From contig OZ244813.1 of assembly GCA_965220225.1 (NCBI GenBank), forward strand, positions 1,955,385 through 2,019,384: DNA of 64,000 bases, given 5' to 3'. This stretch comes from Dehalococcoidia bacterium (GTDB taxonomy: Bacteria; Chloroflexota; Dehalococcoidia; Lucifugimonadales; Australimonadaceae). Made by a program: the position numbers and the translations under genes. Below are positions 27,059 to 37,028 of the stretch, in pieces. The first letter of the stretch is position 1. Each line of letters begins with the position of its first letter. The notes under the pieces are model-generated. The model was not told the DNA's origin, did not search any database, and worked only from the letters and a program-made list of their open reading frames with translations.

Positions 27059-28810
27059 ATGCAAGCACACGAAGTACCCACCCATGTGCAGGCCGAGGAC
27101 AAGGTCCTGCTCTGGTTCACCTTCCCGCAGATCGTGGCGATCACGGCGGTGGGGGCGCTCGCCTATGGCATCTACCACTACCTGCCCTTCGGACCGCCGG
27201 AGTTCCGCATCGGCCTCGCGGTCATCTTCGCGCTGACCGGCCTCGCGGCGGTGGTGGGGAGGGTCGGAGGACGTCGGCTCCCCGCCGTGGCCGCCGACCT
27301 GCTGCGCTATCGGCTGGCCGGCCGGTGCTATGCCGGCGTCCCGGCCGAGATCGTGCGCAGCGAGCCGCCTGCGCCGCTCGACGACAGCCCCGGCCTGCTG
27401 CAGCACATAACCGAGAAGACACAGCGGCGGCTCCGCCGGATGCGCAGGGGGATGAAGGCCCGGCGGGTCCGCAGGAGCCGCGAGCGGCGGAACGGCCGCC
27501 GGGGGCCGGGGCCGCAGCGCTGGCTCCCCAGCCGCCGCAAACCCAAGGACCGGGGGAACGGCAGCGCGGGCCATACGGCCATGCGGCGCGTCTGCCTGCT
27601 CGGAGCCATAGTCCTGCTCGCGGTGACCGCGGTGGCCGCGTCCGGCCCGCCGACGCCGACACCCGAGCCGACGCCTGGACCGGGCACACCCTACCCGCAG
27701 ACCAGCCCCGACCGCTGGCGCAACGAGATCCACTACGACCATGTGGAACCCGTTCCGGGCAGACGGCTCTACGTCGAGCGGCTCTCCGTCTTCGAGGACA
27801 AGGCGACCGTCACACTGCGGGCCGCAGCCGACATCGAGCTGCAGGTGCAGGCGTTCGGCGGCCCCGAGGGCAGGGAACTCCACTTCTACGGCAGTGCGGT
27901 GGTCGATGCGGGGGAGACCATCTACTACACCCTTCCGCTCTCCGGCGACGCGCCGTCCTTCACCTTCGCCTGGGTCGACGAGCGCGGCCAGGCCGGGGGC
28001 GTCAGCATCGACAGCGAGCAGATCCCGCACCCGTTGCCGGTCGCAGAGGGCGAGTTGTGCGACATCAGCGTGACTGAAGTCCGCTGGAGCCCCGGCGCGC
28101 TCACCGGGAGGGTGGAAGCCGGCGAGTGCATACAGTCCGTCGAGCACCCCATCGACCTCGTCGTGGTCAACGGCGAGGAACACATCGCGGGTCCCATGGT
28201 CATGAAGACCCGCGTGACGGGCGTCTACGGCACCGCTACGGTCTCCTCCGGTGAGGAGAGCACGACCGTCCGGCTCGATCCGCCCGGCAGCGCGCTTTTC
28301 CGGCTGCCCGTCCCGGCGGGGAAGCGCCTGCACGAGTTGGGCATCGAGGCCGCCCTCGAAGCCGGCCTGCGGGGGAACGCGCCGCCGCTGGTGACGCTCA
28401 CCCTGATCCCGGAGCGGGAGGAGACCCGCCTGGTGCCGGTCCAGGTGCTGCGGCCCGGCACCAGCAAGACCGTGCGCGAGACGGTCACCGTCCAGAACAA
28501 GGACGGCACCACGTCCTCCCACGAGATCTCCGCGAGGCTCACCGTCCCCGCCGAGATCATCACCGTCGTGCCCTCCGTGCTGATCACGTATGAGGAGTAC
28601 ATCGCGGCGACGGTGAACCCCCGGGGGAGCGCCTACGGCACCAAGGAAGAGACCGTCGAACTGTCGTTCGCCGTCGGCGCGGACGCCCCCTACGCGCCAT
28701 TCGTTCCGCCCCCACGGGAGGAGGAGCCCCCGCCTCCCGTCCAGACGCCGGTCACCGAGGACGAGGGGAGGGGGCTGTTCGGCATCCTTGGATGGGAGTG
28801 GCCGTGGTGA
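27059..28810 (+). CDS. PrgI/VirB3-like N-terminal membrane domain joined to a large extracytoplasmic region
   Basis: N-terminus VPTHVQAEDKVLLWFTFPQIVAITAVGALAY... is a PrgI-like pattern. It is followed by an Arg-rich linker, a third hydrophobic segment (MRRVCLLGAIVLLAVTAVAASG) and ~380 aa of beta-rich sequence. Confidence 0.55.
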   Translation: MQAHEVPTHVQAEDKVLLWFTFPQIVAITAVGALAYGIYHYLPFGPPEFRIGLAVIFALTGLAAVVGRVGGRRLPAVAADLLRYRLAGRCYAGVPAEIVRSEPPAPLDDSPGLLQHITEKTQRRLRRMRRGMKARRVRRSRERRNGRRGPGPQRWLPSRRKPKDRGNGSAGHTAMRRVCLLGAIVLLAVTAVAASGPPTPTPEPTPGPGTPYPQTSPDRWRNEIHYDHVEPVPGRRLYVERLSVFEDKATVTLRAAADIELQVQAFGGPEGRELHFYGSAVVDAGETIYYTLPLSGDAPSFTFAWVDERGQAGGVSIDSEQIPHPLPVAEGELCDISVTEVRWSPGALTGRVEAGECIQSVEHPIDLVVVNGEEHIAGPMVMKTRVTGVYGTATVSSGEESTTVRLDPPGSALFRLPVPAGKRLHELGIEAALEAGLRGNAPPLVTLTLIPEREETRLVPVQVLRPGTSKTVRETVTVQNKDGTTSSHEISARLTVPAEIITVVPSVLITYEEYIAATVNPRGSAYGTKEETVELSFAVGADAPYAPFVPPPREEEPPPPVQTPVTEDEGRGLFGILGWEWPW

Positions 28811-29115
28811 GGCGGAGTGCTGCGGCACTCATCGTCCCCGGCGCGGCGGCGGTCTCCGCCGCCGCGCACCACGAGGAGGAGACGATGCTCGCGGCCTTCG
28901 ACGGCGCGCTGACCGCCATGGCCTACGCGGCGGCGGGACTCACGCTCTTCGCCATCGTCTGGGCTGGCTTCGTGCTCATGGCCGAGGGGAGCGACTCGCG
29001 CGGCGCGGGCCGCGCGCGCAACGCAGTCGCCGGGGCAGTCCTCGGACTGGTGGTCGTCCTCTCGGCGAAGGCCATAGCCCTCGTCCTGCGCAGCGGCATC
29101 GTCCCCATCCCCTAG
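28792..29115 (+). CDS. Second VirB2/TrbC-like small membrane protein
   Basis: 107 aa with a long signal-like N-terminus. Two hydrophobic helices flank MAEGSDSRGAGRARN. The start is uncertain. Confidence 0.5.
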   Translation: MGVAVVRRSAAALIVPGAAAVSAAAHHEEETMLAAFDGALTAMAYAAAGLTLFAIVWAGFVLMAEGSDSRGAGRARNAVAGAVLGLVVVLSAKAIALVLRSGIVPIP

Positions 29116-29141
29116 CAACACCACACGAAAGGAGCAATACC

Positions 29142-31364
29142 TTGCGCAACCTCGCCGAACGAACGAGGCGCCTCATCCCCCGCGCCCTGCGCCGGGCAGA
29201 CCCCGGTCCCGAGCAGCCGAAGGAGCCAAAACCCCCGCTGCCTCTGCCGCTCTGCTTCATGCTCTCCCACCTCGACGACGACGGCCCCGTCCGCCTCGAC
29301 GGCCTCAAGCTCGGGGTATTCGAGGTCATGGGGCTCGAGCTCGACGAGCCGAAGCTCGGCGCGTTCGCGGGCGCGCTCAACGCGCTCGACTTTCCCCTCC
29401 AGCTGCTGGTCCGCCAGCACCCGCCCGACCTCAGCCGCATGCGGGAGCGCCTGCACGAGGCGGAGCCGCCCGACCTGCCCCCGCAGACGCGCGCCGCGGC
29501 GGAGTCTCTGCGCGGCCTGCTCGGAGCGCTGGAACGCCGCGACGGCATCCTCGACCGGCGCTTCTACGCCGTCTGCCCGTTCGACCGCACCGGCGACCTG
29601 CGGGTCCTGCTGGGCAAGGCGGGTCTCGCGGCCCATCCCCTCAGCGCCCGCGCCCTGCGGCTCCTCCTGCTGGCATCCACCCTCGGCGGCTCCCCCGCCG
29701 ACCGGGACGAGGACGACCCCGTGGAGGTCACGGTCAACCGGCGCGAGGTCCGCGTCGGCGACCACCTCGTCCGCTCGCTCCACCTCGGGCGCTGGCCCCG
29801 CTCACTCGTTCCCGGTTTCCTCCAGGGGCTGATGGCCGCCGGGGCACCCATGGACCTCGCCATCCACCTGGGCCCCATCCCCGCCGAGCAAGCCGCGCGC
29901 ACGCTGGAGTGGCAGAAGGTGCGCTTCGAGTCCGCCCTCTCCCTCTCGCTGCGCAGGGGGCGCACGATGTCTCCCGAGGCCGAGATTGCCCTTGAGGACG
30001 TCACCCGGCTCCGCGACGACGTCCAGCGCGGGCGCGAGCGCCTCTTCCACGCATCCCTCTCCATCACGCTCCACGCGAGGGACGAGGAGACGCTCAAGGA
30101 GCTCACCCAGCGCGCCAGGGCCCACTTCGGCGCGACGCTCGGCAAGCTCGATACCCTCTCCTTCCGCCAGCGCGAGGGACTGCTCTCCACGCTCCCCATC
30201 GCGCTGAACAGCGTGGCCGCATGGCGCACGCTCGACACCTCGTCCATCGCCCGTCTCTTCCCCTTCTCGCCGCCCGACCTCGACACCCGCAGCGGCACGC
30301 TGTACGGCATCGACCTGCGCGCCTGCTCTTCCGTCGTCTACGACCCGTGGGATGGCACGCACCTCAATGCCAACACGGCGGTGCTGGCGCGCTCCGGCTC
30401 GGGCAAATCGTTCTCCACCAAGCTTGGCGTACTCCGGGGGCTGACGCGCGGGATCACCGCCTACGTCATCGACCCCGAGGGCGAGTACGCCGACATGGCG
30501 CGCGCCGCGGGCGGGCGCGTCCTGTCCCCCGGCGTCCCCGGGCAGGGCATGAACCCGTTCGTCATCGACAAGGGCGACGCCGAGGAGCTCCTGCTGCGCA
30601 TCGGCAGCCTGCGGCGGCTGATCGAGGTGATGGTCGGCGAGCGGCTCAGCGCCGAGCGCCGGGCCGCCCTCGACCACGCGCTCGCGGGCTACTACGCGGA
30701 GACGCGCGAGCGCACCGGCTTCAAGGACTTCTACGCCTACCTGCAGGTTGGAGAGTCGGAGGACCTGGCCCGGCTGCTCCGACCCTTTGCCACCGGCAGC
30801 CTCCGTCACCTCCTCTCCGACGAAGGCGACGACCTGCTCACCAACGAGGCGCTCGTCACCGTCTTCGACCTGCGCCTCCTCGAACCCGAGCTGCGCCCCG
30901 CAGCCGCCATGGTCTGCACCGAGACCGTCTGGGCGGCCGCCGCGCAGAACCCCAAGCCCCGCCTGCTCGTCGTTGACGAGGTCTGGTCGATCATGCAGCA
31001 CCCCGAGGGCGCGGCGTTCATGGTGTCGATGGCGAAACGCGCCAGGAAGCACCGGCTCGGCCTCCAGTTCATAACCCAGGACGTGCAGGACCTCCTCTCC
31101 GAGGACACCTCGCGCGCCATCACCGGCCACTCCGGCAGGGCGCTCCTGCAGAACGCCGCGTTCAAGCTCCTCCTCCAGCAGGACGCGGCAGCGATATCCA
31201 CCGTCGGCGACGCCTTCGACCTGCCGCCGGACCTCCAGCGCTGGCTCCTCTCGTGCCCGAGGGGCGACGGGCTCCTGCTCGCGCGCGGCGGGCGTTTCCC
31301 GGTCCGCATCGAGGCCACTCCGGAGGAGACCGAGGTCATCGAGTGGCGGCCCGGAAAGCATTAG
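29142..31364 (+). CDS. virB4: VirB4/TraC-type conjugative transfer ATPase
   Basis: Walker A ARSGSGKSFSTK and Walker B LLVVDEVWSIM. TTG at 29142 follows AAAGGAG. The upstream part of the 858-aa ORF overlaps the pilin gene in another frame. Confidence 0.85.
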   Translation: MRNLAERTRRLIPRALRRADPGPEQPKEPKPPLPLPLCFMLSHLDDDGPVRLDGLKLGVFEVMGLELDEPKLGAFAGALNALDFPLQLLVRQHPPDLSRMRERLHEAEPPDLPPQTRAAAESLRGLLGALERRDGILDRRFYAVCPFDRTGDLRVLLGKAGLAAHPLSARALRLLLLASTLGGSPADRDEDDPVEVTVNRREVRVGDHLVRSLHLGRWPRSLVPGFLQGLMAAGAPMDLAIHLGPIPAEQAARTLEWQKVRFESALSLSLRRGRTMSPEAEIALEDVTRLRDDVQRGRERLFHASLSITLHARDEETLKELTQRARAHFGATLGKLDTLSFRQREGLLSTLPIALNSVAAWRTLDTSSIARLFPFSPPDLDTRSGTLYGIDLRACSSVVYDPWDGTHLNANTAVLARSGSGKSFSTKLGVLRGLTRGITAYVIDPEGEYADMARAAGGRVLSPGVPGQGMNPFVIDKGDAEELLLRIGSLRRLIEVMVGERLSAERRAALDHALAGYYAETRERTGFKDFYAYLQVGESEDLARLLRPFATGSLRHLLSDEGDDLLTNEALVTVFDLRLLEPELRPAAAMVCTETVWAAAAQNPKPRLLVVDEVWSIMQHPEGAAFMVSMAKRARKHRLGLQFITQDVQDLLSEDTSRAITGHSGRALLQNAAFKLLLQQDAAAISTVGDAFDLPPDLQRWLLSCPRGDGLLLARGGRFPVRIEATPEETEVIEWRPGKH

Positions 31365-31399
31365 GCCGCCCTGAGTCAAGCAAGGAACAGGAGGTATCT

Positions 31400-33982
31400 A
31401 TGCAGACGCGACCGACTGACAAGAAGCCCGGACGCAGCGAACTCCAGCACCCCACGGTGCTGCTGGCAGTGACTCCGCCGCGCACCGGCGAGCGCACGCT
31501 GCTCGGCGTCGAGAACCTCCTCGCCTCGATTGCCGTACCTGAGCCGTTCTCGCTCGAGCTCGCGGGAGACGCCGACGGCGTCGGCCTCTTGGCCCGCTGC
31601 CACGACGGCCAGGTGATCCGCAGCCAACTCGCGGCCCACTACCCCCAGGCGCGCATCCACGAGGTCGCGCCGGAGGACGACCCGCTTCGCCTCGACGAGG
31701 GCGAGCAGGCGTGGACGGTGACGCTGCGCTCCGGCGGGCCCGAGTACGTGCCCCTGCGCACCTTCCGCGACGCCGACCTGACCGACCCTGGCTCCGACCC
31801 GCTCATCGCGCTGCTGGGCGCGCTGTCGGACCTCAACCACGGGGAGCGCATCACCGCGCGACTGCTGCTGCGCTCGCTCGGCCCCGGCTGGGCGGAGCAC
31901 CACCAGCGGCTCGCCCACGAGCGCCCCAACACCGGGGCAGCACAGCCCGCGTACAACCCCCAGGCCGCGGCCCCCGCCGGGAGCGGCCTCGGCATGGCCG
32001 TCCTCGGCATCGGCGCGTTCGCAGCCCTCAAGGGGTACGAGTGGGTGCAGGCGGGGGAGACGTGGAAGGCCGTTCTGCTCGGGCTCGGCATCATGGCCGG
32101 ACTGATCGCGGCCGGGTGGGTGAAGGCGCGCTTCTTCAAGCGCCCGCCCGTCCACGACCCGGCCCTGATCAAGGAGAAGGTCTCCCGCATCGCCTTCGAT
32201 GCGGAGGTCCAGGTTACCGTCATCCTGCCTCAGCACGGCTCCCCGGAGCGGGTCTCGGAGCTGTTGAACGCCGTGGCCGCAGCCTACCGCCACTACGACC
32301 ACCCCGCCGGGGCCAGCTTCGTCATGGGCAAGGCCGCCCCCGCCGCTCCCGCCGTGGCCCTCGCCCCTGCCGTCCCGGGACTGTTCGGCAGACGCAGCAT
32401 CCTCGGCGTGCGCGAGGTCGCGGCCCTCTGGCACCCGCCCGGCGCCGGCGACGAGACGCCCCTGGTGGAGCGCTCCGGCGCACGGGCGCTCAATCCCTCA
32501 GCCAGAGGCGTGAGCGGTGGCGCGCTCGTGGGCGAGACCACCGCCGGTAGGCACACGCCTATCCGCTTCCCCGGCGACCTGCTTAGACGGCACCATCTTT
32601 ACGTCGCCCGCACACGCATGGGCAAGTCCACCCTCATGCACCACCTCGTCGTCCACAAGATGCGCGAGAAGGCCGAGGGCAGAGACCCCGACGCCATCGT
32701 CGTCATAGACCCCCACGCCGACCTTGCGGGCGGGCTGCTCGAACACGTGCCGGAGTCCCTCACAGGCCGGGTGCGCCTCATCGACCTGGCGGACGACAGG
32801 GGTGCACCGGGCATAAACCTCCTGGACACCCGCATCTTCACCGACCGTGACCGGACAGCCGACTCTGTGGTGCGCGTGGCCCGCGGGCTCTGGGAGCAGT
32901 GGGGTCCCCGCATGCAATCGATACTCGAACAGACCGTCAAGACGCTCCATGAGGCCAACGACCACCCGGCGACAGACGAGGGAAGCCAGTACACGATCCT
33001 CCACGCGCTGAAGCTGCTCTCTGACGAGCCGTTCCGCAACAGCATCCTCAGGAAGGTCGAGGACCCCTACCTGCTGGAGTGGTGGGCGCGGGACTTCGGC
33101 GGCTGGCACCCCCAGTACCGCGCCGAGGCGCTGGCTCCGGTCCAGACACGCCTCTCCTACTACGCCTCGTCCAAGCGGGCGCGCGCCATCCTCGGCCAGT
33201 CGCGCTCCACCATCGACCTGCGCGAGACCATCTTCGGCGGCGGGATCCTGATCGTCTCCACCGCCCAGGGGCACGTCGGCCGCGATGTGGCCGCACTGGT
33301 GGGCGCGTCCCTGCTGAACCTCGTCGATTCGGTGATACGACAGCAGGGCGACCTGCCGTTGGAGAGACGCCGCGGAGCCCTGGTCGTCATCGACGAGATG
33401 CAGTCCATCCCCGGCGTCGACTACGAGTCGATGCTCTCGGAGCTCGGCAAGTTCGGCGCATCGTTCGTCCTCGCCACCCAGAGCCTCGCCAAGCTGGACG
33501 ACCTCTCGCGGACGATGCGGGACACCCTCCTTGCCAATGTGGGCTGCCTCGCCGTCTTCCAGGTGGCTGGGAGCGACGCGCGCCAGCTGGTCTGGGAACT
33601 GGGCAGGGACCGGGTGACCGAGGATGACATAACGTCGCTGCCCGTCCACCACTGCTACGTCAGGCCCACGGTGGGGAAGGAGCGGATGCCCGCCTTCTCG
33701 ATGATGGTCCGCAGGCCCGAGCCGGGAGACCCTGCCGTCGCCGCCCTCATCCGCGCCGAGTCCGCGGCGTACACCCTGACGGCCGACGATCTCTCGGACG
33801 CCGATGCCAGTGCGCACCGGAAGGTGCAGGACTTCAGGAAGAGGGCCGACGACCTGGAGCACGGCGGTCACGGACAGGCCGCGCCGCCGCGGAGCCCCGG
33901 AGGAGGGAAGCAGCCCGGCAACCAGGACCGTCCTGCCGGTCGTGACGCTCGCAGGCATGCGGCAGAGGAGGCGGAGGAATGA
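31400..33982 (+). CDS. Type IV coupling protein-like ATPase (VirD4/TraG/TcpA class)
   Basis: ATG at 31400 follows GGAGG. TM segment LGMAVLGIGAFAAL...GLGIMAGLIAAGW. P-loop ARTRMGKST and Walker B LVVIDEMQS. Confidence 0.75.
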   Translation: MQTRPTDKKPGRSELQHPTVLLAVTPPRTGERTLLGVENLLASIAVPEPFSLELAGDADGVGLLARCHDGQVIRSQLAAHYPQARIHEVAPEDDPLRLDEGEQAWTVTLRSGGPEYVPLRTFRDADLTDPGSDPLIALLGALSDLNHGERITARLLLRSLGPGWAEHHQRLAHERPNTGAAQPAYNPQAAAPAGSGLGMAVLGIGAFAALKGYEWVQAGETWKAVLLGLGIMAGLIAAGWVKARFFKRPPVHDPALIKEKVSRIAFDAEVQVTVILPQHGSPERVSELLNAVAAAYRHYDHPAGASFVMGKAAPAAPAVALAPAVPGLFGRRSILGVREVAALWHPPGAGDETPLVERSGARALNPSARGVSGGALVGETTAGRHTPIRFPGDLLRRHHLYVARTRMGKSTLMHHLVVHKMREKAEGRDPDAIVVIDPHADLAGGLLEHVPESLTGRVRLIDLADDRGAPGINLLDTRIFTDRDRTADSVVRVARGLWEQWGPRMQSILEQTVKTLHEANDHPATDEGSQYTILHALKLLSDEPFRNSILRKVEDPYLLEWWARDFGGWHPQYRAEALAPVQTRLSYYASSKRARAILGQSRSTIDLRETIFGGGILIVSTAQGHVGRDVAALVGASLLNLVDSVIRQQGDLPLERRRGALVVIDEMQSIPGVDYESMLSELGKFGASFVLATQSLAKLDDLSRTMRDTLLANVGCLAVFQVAGSDARQLVWELGRDRVTEDDITSLPVHHCYVRPTVGKERMPAFSMMVRRPEPGDPAVAALIRAESAAYTLTADDLSDADASAHRKVQDFRKRADDLEHGGHGQAAPPRSPGGGKQPGNQDRPAGRDARRHAAEEAEE

Positions 33983-35631
33983 GACACGGAGGATGCGAGG
34001 CCGACCTGCTGCGCACGCTGGCTGCGATGCCCTTCCTCGACCGCCAGGAGATGGTGGCCGTCACCGGCTGGTCCAGGGGCGCTGTCTACGAGGCCATGGA
34101 AAGGCTGGAGAGCGGCGGTCTCGCCGCCTGGGTGCCCCACGCCACTGAGCTCGTTCCCTCCACCCGGAGATTCCACCTCACTGCCGACGGGCTCGGCCGC
34201 CTCGTGAATGCGGCGGGTATCGGCCCGGACGAACTTGTCCACCGCCACCCCGTCTTCGGCACATGGCGGCGCATCCTCATGGAGCGGCTCGATGCCCTCG
34301 CCGCCATCTACCGGCTGACCGCGGCCATCGCCCACATCGCCTATCCCCTGCGCTTCCACTGGTACCGCGCCAGGCCCCTGGACGCCTCCATAGACCTTCC
34401 CGACGGGCGCATCGTTGGCATCGTTCGCCGAGGTCTTACCGCCGACAGGACCGGCTTCTCCCGGCGGATGCGGAAACTGGGCAACGGCCCGCTCCCGGGG
34501 GCCGTCCTCGTGCTCATGCCGGATGAGATCGGTCTGCGGCACGCCCGCAGGATGCTGACGGGCGTTCCCGTTCCGTTCTTCCTCGCCCTGGAGCGGGAGG
34601 CGGTCACAGCCGCCCCCGCTGACCCGGTGTGGGTCCCGCCAGCCGTCCACGCCGCCATCGACCTGCGCACAGCCGTCGACCGGGCTGAGGCGCGCAGCGA
34701 GCTTCCCCCGGAACCCGCCCTGGCCCGCGCCTCCGCGCCCGCCGACCCCGCCGTGGCGGGTCCGACCTGGAACATCCTCGACCACATGCTCCCCACCTAC
34801 CTCAAGCCCGGCGAGAAGCGCGCCGCCGACCTGGTCTCGGACTGGCCCTGGATCGTCCTCAAGGACCTGGCGGCGCTGCTGGGCGTATCGGCCCAGAGGG
34901 CCTCCGAACTGGTCAACCCCCTGGAAGGCTTTGGCCTCGTCACCCGGCCCGTTGCCAGGAGCGGACGTCTCGCCCTCACTGACCGGGGGCTCGCGATGCT
35001 GGCCCGCAGGGACCGCACCTCGGTGGGTATGACGAAGAAACGGTGGAGCGTGTCGGCGCGCGTGAGGGAGGCGAGCTTCGACTGGCGCAGCGTGTCGGGC
35101 GGCAGGAGCCGCCAGTTGCTCAGGCACATCGAACACACGGCCGCCGTCCACGCCTTCGTGGCGGCCCTGGCCAAACAGGCGGCCCTCACCGGCTGGGAGG
35201 TAGTCCAGCTCGACCCGCCCCGGAGGGCCTCCCGGTACTTCCGGCACGGCGACAGCCGCCGCTCCATCCACCCCGACGCCTTCGGCGTGCTGCGCAAGGA
35301 CGGCGTCACCTGGCCCTTCTTCCTGGAGTGGGAGCGCCGCGCGGTGCGGCCGGTGACGATGTCCGAGCGCCTCGCACCGTACCTGCGTTACTACGCATCG
35401 CACAGGCCCATCGACGACCACGGCGTCCGCCCCGACGTCCTGATCGTCTTCGACGACGAGACCGCAGCCGCCCACTTCCTACGCGTGGCGCGGGAGGAGA
35501 TGCAGGCGAGGCGGGTGACCGTCCCTCTGTGGGTGTCCCATGCCGCCGCCATAGACGAGATGGGGCCGCTGGGACGCGCTTGGCGCGGCCCCGGCCACAG
35601 GGAGTCCCCGCTCGAGCTCCCGCCACAGTGA
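33979..35631 (+). CDS. Replication-relaxation (Replic_Relax) family protein, probable relaxase
   Basis: Repeated wHTH-like units and a C-terminal block HTAAVHAFVAALA...HPDAFGVL...WPFFLEWERR typical of Replic_Relax. Coupled to the coupling-protein gene. Confidence 0.7.
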   Translation: MRHGGCEADLLRTLAAMPFLDRQEMVAVTGWSRGAVYEAMERLESGGLAAWVPHATELVPSTRRFHLTADGLGRLVNAAGIGPDELVHRHPVFGTWRRILMERLDALAAIYRLTAAIAHIAYPLRFHWYRARPLDASIDLPDGRIVGIVRRGLTADRTGFSRRMRKLGNGPLPGAVLVLMPDEIGLRHARRMLTGVPVPFFLALEREAVTAAPADPVWVPPAVHAAIDLRTAVDRAEARSELPPEPALARASAPADPAVAGPTWNILDHMLPTYLKPGEKRAADLVSDWPWIVLKDLAALLGVSAQRASELVNPLEGFGLVTRPVARSGRLALTDRGLAMLARRDRTSVGMTKKRWSVSARVREASFDWRSVSGGRSRQLLRHIEHTAAVHAFVAALAKQAALTGWEVVQLDPPRRASRYFRHGDSRRSIHPDAFGVLRKDGVTWPFFLEWERRAVRPVTMSERLAPYLRYYASHRPIDDHGVRPDVLIVFDDETAAAHFLRVAREEMQARRVTVPLWVSHAAAIDEMGPLGRAWRGPGHRESPLELPPQ

Positions 35632-35699
35632 ATGATGGCCGCAAGCGGGAGCGGCGCAGCTACCGCGCTCCCCCCCCACCGATAAGGAGAACGAAAGCA

Positions 35700-35981
35700 A
35701 TGCGTTCACATGGCATGAACCAAGCGAGAGACACCCGGAGGCGTCGAGGACGGAACGTGATCCGGCTGAACAGGACGGCCCTCTGGGAGCGGCTGACGCT
35801 GCTCAACCGCTCTCAGAACTGGCTCGCCCGGGAGATCGGGGTCAGTCCCAGCTACGTCTCAATGCTGGTCAACGGCGGGCGGACGCCCTCGGGGCGCATC
35901 TGCAAGCGGATGCTCAAGGCCCTCGGCCTGAATGACTTTCACCAGATCTTCAGATTGGAGGCGACAGATGACGAACCGTAA
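35700..35981 (+). CDS. XRE-family helix-turn-helix regulator
   Basis: SQNWLAREIGVSPSYVSMLVNGGRTPS is a classical HTH_3 motif. ATG at 35700 follows AAGGAGA. Confidence 0.7.
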   Translation: MRSHGMNQARDTRRRRGRNVIRLNRTALWERLTLLNRSQNWLAREIGVSPSYVSMLVNGGRTPSGRICKRMLKALGLNDFHQIFRLEATDDEP

Positions 35982-36303
35982 CGTTGAACCCCGTTTCCAG
36001 ATCTACTCCGGAATCACAATCGACGGACGCCCTCTGCCATACCAGAGCGGCGTGCTGCCGGAGGACTTCGCACTGCGCATCGAACGGCTGAAGGAGGCCA
36101 GCGGCCTCACCTGGAACGGCTTTGCCTTGGCCATCGGCGTCGACCGCCAGCAGGTCCGGCGGTGGCGCAAGGAGGGCGTCGAGCCCTCAGGAGGACCGAT
36201 GCTCTCCCTCTTCCGCTTCGCGGCCCAGATGCCCGGCGGTCTGGAAAACCTCATGGGCGAGGACTTCCAAGTGAAGCGCTGGGAGGAAGAAGAGGAGGGC
36301 TAA
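35968..36303 (+). CDS. Putative HTH protein
   Basis: LTWNGFALAIGVDRQQVRRWRKEGVEPSG is HTH-like. 111 aa with an acidic C-terminus. Confidence 0.5.
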   Translation: MTNRNVEPRFQIYSGITIDGRPLPYQSGVLPEDFALRIERLKEASGLTWNGFALAIGVDRQQVRRWRKEGVEPSGGPMLSLFRFAAQMPGGLENLMGEDFQVKRWEEEEEG

Positions 36304-36415
36304 CCCCAGTCCACGGATGCTGCCGGGCGCCGCCCAGTCCGTCCGCGCCGGCGGCCCCATTCCCAGACCAACGAGAGACCGGCGGCCATGCGAGACCCCG
36401 CCGCGACCGTGCAAC

Positions 36416-36637
36416 ATGAAAGCTGACGCCGCAGAGAACGAAGACAACAGACATAACAGCGCGGACGGGGACGAGACCCTGGCCGAGTTGATGGCGGGCT
36501 ACACCCCCAAGCAGCGGGAGACTCTTCTGAAGGGGCTCCGCATCCTTGCGGACGTGGCGGTCCGTGCCCACATCCAGCGGCAAGCGCCGGTATCCCGCGA
36601 TGCGTCCGACCACGACGGTGAGGAGGAGGAGGCATGA
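36416..36637 (+). CDS. Hypothetical small acidic protein
   Basis: Internal ATG at 36416 (MKADAAENED...). No motif. Confidence 0.4.
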   Translation: MKADAAENEDNRHNSADGDETLAELMAGYTPKQRETLLKGLRILADVAVRAHIQRQAPVSRDASDHDGEEEEA

Positions 36638-36719
36638 TGGTTACCTGTCCCACACCGCGCGATGGCGATGAGTTGCCGAGCTGTACCGTCAGGCGGTACA
36701 CTTTGCGGTATGGTAATAA

Positions 36720-37028
36720 GTGATGGAGACCGGCGTGCGGCGTTTCGCCGATGAGCACGGTGACGAGGTCAGGCTCACCGACGAGCGGCTCCGGCACATC
36801 CTGCGAAGGCACCCCGAGATGGCCTTCCAGTTGCACCGGTTCGCCGAGACCCTGGCCAGCCCCGACGCGGTGATCCCATCGAGGACCGGCGCGGGGGTCC
36901 ATCTCTACTACCGTCTCTACCCGGACCAACAGGGCAGGAACCGCTACCTCTGCCTGGTGGTGAAGAGAGGAACGGACGACTCCTTCGTCCTCACCGGCTA
37001 CCTGAGTCGAGGCATCAGAGGAGGGTGA
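36720..37028 (+). CDS. Putative toxin, DUF4258 / BECR-fold RNase-like
   Basis: LTDERLRHILRRHPEM... followed by a beta-rich core ending VLTGY. Partnered with a DUF2283-like gene, which is a known toxin-antitoxin pairing. Confidence 0.45.
   Translation: MMETGVRRFADEHGDEVRLTDERLRHILRRHPEMAFQLHRFAETLASPDAVIPSRTGAGVHLYYRLYPDQQGRNRYLCLVVKRGTDDSFVLTGYLSRGIRGG

Noticed and set aside
28788-29141. Start at 28788 for the VirB4 ORF (858 aa)
   Set aside because: The first 118 codons overlap the second pilin-like gene in another frame and are Arg/Gly-rich. The TTG at 29142 follows an AAAGGAG RBS.
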